From positions 1 through 22,985 of the forward strand of contig JADGIF010000077.1 of assembly GCA_018985225.1 (NCBI GenBank): 22,985 nt of DNA, read 5' to 3'. The notes beneath the pieces were generated by a model. That model saw only the letters and a program-made list of their open reading frames with translations, ran no database searches and was not told the DNA's origin. Each line of letters opens with the position of its first letter. Position 1 is the first letter of the stretch. A program made the translations under genes and the position numbers. This document shows, piece after piece, positions 18,301 to 22,985 of this stretch. The DNA is from Amoeboradix gromovi X-113. Lineage: Eukaryota; Fungi; Sanchytriomycota.

Positions 18301-20682
18301 TTATCCTTCTTGCCTATTTATATATATTTTCCCACTCGTCCAAGTCTCTTTTCCATCATTAAATGGTTTGTTTACGATAATCTTTACAAAATATTCACCG
18401 TCTTCCAAACTTTTCCAATTGACTTTCCCAGCATCCATTGACTTACTATAACAGGCAACACAGCTCCCGTACACCCATGGAATCTGTAGTAAATATTTAA
18501 ATGCCTGATCCTTATCATAACTGCTATATGTCCTAGATAATGCCTGCTGCTGATAGACGTACCCAATTCTCTTGTTGTCTTTATACAATTCGATGGTTAA
18601 TAATGGACTCGGTTGCAAGACTCTTAATTGAAATACAATGGTTCCGTTGTATGTGAAGTCGGCACTTATCACATCAGTTGCATTGTGTATTCCACTAAAC
18701 GGATCATCCAATCTTCCACTTGTTATAACATTAGGAAATATGCCATCATTGCCCAAAACACTAGCACTTTTCAAGGATCCCTTGTATCCCATGTATGGTA
18801 CACTAATTGGATGTGCATTGATGTTGTTGACTGGTATAAGTTGAATATATCCACTGTATATCCATTTTTCATAATTACTCAGCCATGGCGGGAATATACG
18901 CACATTTATGGATCTAGATTGTTTGCTCTTTACAGTGATGTATCGATCAACCAATACCTTACTAAAGGCTGCCTTGGTAGCAACACTCCCAAATTTATCA
19001 CCATTTATACTCAATGCAGGTATGTGCTTTACTCTGAACTTGACTGACTTGTCGTCATTGTTGCTGATACTTATTTTTTTGTATTTGTATAACGAGTACC
19101 ACTTTTGATCTAGTAGTTCTAGTTTGCAAGGGCTAGCAGAGACTGGATTGAATAACACTTTTGTTGCATTAACTAACCCGGCGCCTTGTTTGATCACCGG
19201 ATACACTCCATTGTTACTACTAATTTCGCCGTTATTCATAAGCAATTCCTTCATTCTATAGCTACTAACGGGACCATGCAATCCTATGTACAATGCCACC
19301 ACTCCACTTATGTACGGTGCGCTCATTGAGGTACCTGAAAGTATTCCATACTTACCTTGGTCCAATGGTAAAGAAGAGAAAACAGCACCACCAACACCGG
19401 CTGCCTCTGGCTTCAGCTGCAGTAAACTACCAGGACCCCAACTGCTAAAATCAGAAGGATATCCACTAGCAGTAGATATTTGCTGCGACTTTTTGTCAGT
19501 GACTGCAATAGTCCCCTTTTTAACTCTGAGCAATTGACCATCCAATCCAGATAACAAGTAAACACCCACTGCAAAAGACGAGTCTTGATACCCAGTACTA
19601 AATGGACCATCAGATAGATTATAAAGCAGTACCAATCCAGCACCGGCTTTGATAGCATTGTTAATTTTATCACTTAATGGACAGCTTCCTCTTTTAATTA
19701 AAACCGCATCGTCTGAGTTAAACTTGTAAGAGTAAGGCATACAACCGTCGTTGGATACCTCAGTTGGACTGCTAACAGCAATATTGTACTTTCCCGTTCC
19801 TTCGTTTACTATCTCTGCACTAATAGAGGATTCACCGGACTGAAGCTGCTGGTAATTCAAGAATATTTTGTTATTAAAACTAGCAACACTTATGGCAGAT
19901 TTAGAAATAGCAGGAGAACCTCCCATGAACAAGCCATCTGCACCTTCATTACCCTGAGATATCACAACAATTAATCCTAATTCGCTTAAACGGTCGATTA
20001 ACCTGCAATACGGTCTGTTATCCCAACCTGACCAACTGCCAAGAGAGAGGTTAATGACATGCATACCATCATGATAAGCTAGCTCCATTGCACGCATTAT
20101 GATTGATTCCCTAGCACCACCCTTACATGGGAACACTTTATACACAGCCAACTCAGCTTGTGGCGCCACGCCTGTAAACAGCTCATCTTTACCGGCGACG
20201 ATGCCACTCACATGAGTACCGTGCTCATTGCAATTGTCCATCGGGTATTCATCTTCAGTAAATCCGTCGTCACCAGTAAAATCGTAACCATTAATGACCT
20301 TACAACCAGGAGACTTGAAACAGCTACCGAAAGCAGGATGATTGTAGTCTATTCCGGTATCAACAACACCTACCTTTGCACCATGACCATAATGGCCGCT
20401 TTCATGCAATTTAGACACACCAGTGAGTTCATGAATGGCGTTGTTCACAGTGATGTTTGAGTATGCAATTTGTATATCAGGTCTAGGAGCATCCACAACT
20501 ATGTCTTCCCATACATTCTTAACGCCTTTTAAGCTGCTTAGAGTTAAAATGGATTCACTGGAATCTATCACAACTGTATCGGACAACTTGAACTTGTAAA
20601 CGGTTTTGATACTTGTGGGAAGTTTATACGATGCATTTAGTTCTACAATGTACTGTTTAGAAAGCACTAATGTAAGAAGCAT
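18301..20682 (-). CDS. Subtilisin-like S8 serine peptidase with PA insert and C-terminal Fn3-like domain
   Basis: Catalytic triad VGVVDTG, HGTHVSG and GTSMSAP; oxyanion SQGNEG; PA motif LIKRGSC; KQGAGLVN. First ATG at 20682. Confidence 0.95.
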   Translation of the reverse strand: MLLTLVLSKQYIVELNASYKLPTSIKTVYKFKLSDTVVIDSSESILTLSSLKGVKNVWEDIVVDAPRPDIQIAYSNITVNNAIHELTGVSKLHESGHYGHGAKVGVVDTGIDYNHPAFGSCFKSPGCKVINGYDFTGDDGFTEDEYPMDNCNEHGTHVSGIVAGKDELFTGVAPQAELAVYKVFPCKGGARESIIMRAMELAYHDGMHVINLSLGSWSGWDNRPYCRLIDRLSELGLIVVISQGNEGADGLFMGGSPAISKSAISVASFNNKIFLNYQQLQSGESSISAEIVNEGTGKYNIAVSSPTEVSNDGCMPYSYKFNSDDAVLIKRGSCPLSDKINNAIKAGAGLVLLYNLSDGPFSTGYQDSSFAVGVYLLSGLDGQLLRVKKGTIAVTDKKSQQISTASGYPSDFSSWGPGSLLQLKPEAAGVGGAVFSSLPLDQGKYGILSGTSMSAPYISGVVALYIGLHGPVSSYRMKELLMNNGEISSNNGVYPVIKQGAGLVNATKVLFNPVSASPCKLELLDQKWYSLYKYKKISISNNDDKSVKFRVKHIPALSINGDKFGSVATKAAFSKVLVDRYITVKSKQSRSINVRIFPPWLSNYEKWIYSGYIQLIPVNNINAHPISVPYMGYKGSLKSASVLGNDGIFPNVITSGRLDDPFSGIHNATDVISADFTYNGTIVFQLRVLQPSPLLTIELYKDNKRIGYVYQQQALSRTYSSYDKDQAFKYLLQIPWVYGSCVACYSKSMDAGKVNWKSLEDGEYFVKIIVNKPFNDGKETWTSGKIYINRQEG

Positions 20683-20843
20683 CTGTAGAGTAGGAACCAA
20701 AGAATAAATAAGTTTGATATTGGCGAATGATGGTGCGATTATGTAGAATTGTGATTAATCACTCGATAAGAAATATCCAAAATGATGGAATATGGCAAAA
20801 CTTTTTGACATGTTAAGTACCTATCAAAGAAGTTTGTGCGATT

Positions 20844-21525
20844 TTAAATTTCCAATGCTTTTTTTGATTTTTCACGCATTGGCCTCGCCGATTTGGTAGA
20901 TTTAACAGAGTTTTTCAAGTTATTACGCTGAAACACAATTTGTATTTTCTTTGCTTTAGTGTTGGGTTGTGGTGTTACTTTTGGATGTTTAAAACCTTCA
21001 GGCAGATAATACCTTACGGTGCTAGCACCAAGAAACAATCCACTGCCATAAACAGCTCGATTGTTTTCTTGAATAAATCATTTATCGCGAATTTGTATGT
21101 ATTTTTGTATAATTTCATGACTTCCAGATTTTTCCAATAGCCTAAAAACTCGATATTCTTCCTTTTCACAAGTGGTAAATCAAATCTAAAGAAATAACTA
21201 GCAGGTAAAGCATACATTCATCAACACTGAGGAACTGGTCCAAGCATGGAACAATTAGATGCCTTTTAATACCCAGAAAGAGATCAACGATAAATAAACC
21301 TGTAAACCATTTATTTAATAATTAGTATGCTCTTGGTCTTACAATATGTGCAACAATAGAGACCATATGGCAGCAAGGAACATATACATCAAGTGTCTGC
21401 ATCCTTATTCAACCCCGCCTCAGGGTAGTGAAAGCGTGAGCAATCACTGTAACGGAGCATCTAGCATTGCTAGTTTCTCTGTGGAAATTCTCAATTTTCT
21501 CGGAAATCAGGACTTTTAACGAGGA
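20844..21525 (-). pseudogene. Decayed coding repeat, family 2, longest fragment (probable transposon-gene remnant)
   Basis: Contains in series the segments matching 11283-11453 and 4601-4862, with broken reading frames on the minus strand. The lower boundary is approximate. Confidence 0.7.
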
Positions 21526-21896
21526 GTAAATAATAAATACGAAATTAATAATATGCTACCTTGTTTCTTGCCATAAGGGGAAGTTGACCTTCTCATTGGA
21601 AAAGTATAGCAATCATATCGATACTTGTGATTTACTTTATTGGCTTCAGATTTAGTGCTCAGTTCCAAGTTTTCTTGGCTATGCAATGGAAAAGTATAAT
21701 GTCAATTATGCAACATTCTCTATAAAAACTGAACTGTACGGAAGTAAAATGTACAGCAAAAAAATGGTGTCGAGTTCTTTAATGTCTTTGAAGTACAGAG
21801 AAACTCTACAGGACTGCGCAAAACCGTTGTTTAAATTGACGAGAATATCCTCCCAAAGGGAATTTTTTTTCGAATCTGGAGTCTCACTTAACAGTA

Positions 21897-22343
21897 GAGA
21901 CATCAAATATAAAAACTGGACTAACTTTCTGTAACAACTTAGCACATTATTTCAGCTTTATTAATTTTATGGATTCAAGAGGCGAGTAGACATTCAGCTA
22001 GTTGCGGAGTTGACGAGTATAAAAGGAAAATAAATATTCTGTACAGCTATTCTCTTACTCTTTCATCCAATCTTTATTTCAAATAAACCTCTGATTCATA
22101 ATACTAATTCATAATAGGGTATATTTTCATTTAAGAACTGTCTTGCCCATAAATAGAGACCTTTCCTAATAAAGTTATGGCCAAGAGAACGAGATGCAGG
22201 GTCTTCTAGTTTTATTTTGAAGAGAGGATTGAAAGTAATGAAAGAAAATTGGTATAATAGAAGATCTTTTATTAATGATAGCATTTCCTCCGTATGGTGA
22301 ACCTTTAAAAACGAGTTAGTCTAGTTTTTATATTTGGTGTCCC
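21897..22343 (+). mobile_element. Fanzor-associated MITE copy E (447 bp) with 4-bp TSD AGTA
   Basis: AGTA|GAGACATCAAATATAAAAACTGGACTAACT ... AGTTAGTCTAGTTTTTATATTTGGTGTCCC|AGTA. Confidence 0.94.
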
Positions 22344-22363
22344 AGTATTTTAGGTGAGCAGTT
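22187..22363 (+). ncRNA. Candidate omegaRNA (scaffold within 22187-22343 plus flank-derived guide); equivalents at 9391-9544, 11617-11774 (minus), 15229-15388 and 18173-18283
   Basis: Smallest 3' block shared by all complete copies. It abuts the right end downstream of the Fanzor RuvC-III codons, where TnpB/Fanzor guide RNAs are encoded. Expression cannot be seen from sequence. Confidence 0.5.
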
Positions 22364-22985
22364 AAAAATTCACGATTACTTGTTTTAAAAGATGCAGTTT
22401 TATTGAGTTTGGTTACTCTGTATTAGAGCTAGTTTATTCCGAAAGCATTGAATACATATCATGTATTGCCGGGCTTCAAATGTACCAAAATTTATAATTT
22501 TTTGTTCCAAGTAGTTTAACAGCTTTGTGCTCACTTTTTCATGTTTAATCAAAGCCGTAACTACAGTCTCATACATATCCTTAGTATTTTTAAATTCAAC
22601 AGAAGACATCAGCTAATTCAAGGAGTTTTGTGTCAGCTCTCTTATAATTCGCCTCTAGGAGAAACTCTTACGGCCAACCTCTCCTTAAATTATGGCAGCA
22701 GTTAATTAGCACTTTAACATTACGCTAGACTCGTTTTATCTTTACACTTCAATCCTGAAACTATTCTGAAATTAGGCTGGATCGCCTTCTCCGAGTAGCA
22801 AAGTTTGTAGATCGGCAATATTATACAATTAAAATAAAATTTCGTTTTCAAGTATAACATAATTCAGAGCTTGTAGTTATCCATAATGTCCTCTCCTTTC
22901 TGAATATGGCTACCTTGATGTTTGAATCAGAAACACCCGATTCAGTGGACCACGTGCCAACTTTAAAGCTCATGTGATAAACAAA

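Noticed and set aside
18384-20460. Short antisense or alternative-frame ORFs over the S8 gene (likewise over the HECT, M50B, coiled-coil, SDR and U2AF genes)
   Set aside because: Shadow ORFs of real genes with no motifs of their own.
21205-21245. QFLSVDECM on the minus strand resembles the piggyBac LSxDE catalytic motif
   Set aside because: The homologous copy near 4690 reads QFLSLRRMY and continues in frame, and no downstream piggyBac motifs or TTAA-flanked ends are seen; probably a frameshift artefact.
9155-22343. CRISPR array interpretation of the recurring 30-bp sequence
   Set aside because: The repeats occur as inverted pairs bounding 300-470 bp elements kilobases apart, not as tandem direct repeats with spacers, and the context is eukaryotic.
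22400-22609. 69-aa minus-strand ORF (also 5123-5344, 8951-9139 and 21706-21945)
   Set aside because: Short, with no recognisable motif; they may be decayed remnants but cannot be supported as genes.

Overview
AT-rich, gene-dense eukaryotic DNA with no detectable introns and the standard genetic code, most like a compact early-diverging fungal genome (taxon is inference). Intact host genes: a HECT E3 ligase, an M50B-like membrane metallopeptidase, a coiled-coil protein, a retinol-dehydrogenase-like SDR, a secreted G1-peptidase-like protein, the U2AF large subunit, TAM41, a small hypothetical protein and an S8 subtilase. The main result is a eukaryotic OMEGA-type system. A ~970-bp inverted-repeat-bounded element (17316-18283) carries a frameshifted, internally deleted Fanzor (TnpB-like RNA-guided nuclease) gene. 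Its RuvC-II Glu, two CxxC zinc-finger pairs and RuvC-III Asp only line up when read across frames. Five related MITE-like copies with 30-bp TIRs (1-181 partial, 9155-9544, 11617-12089, 15090-15388, 21897-22343) have lost most of the ORF through different deletions. All four complete copies keep the last ~155 nt up to the right end, where a Fanzor omegaRNA scaffold would lie, and each is followed by a different flank (candidate guide). A second, unrelated family of decayed coding repeats occurs three times. No database searches were run; family calls rest on motif recognition by eye.
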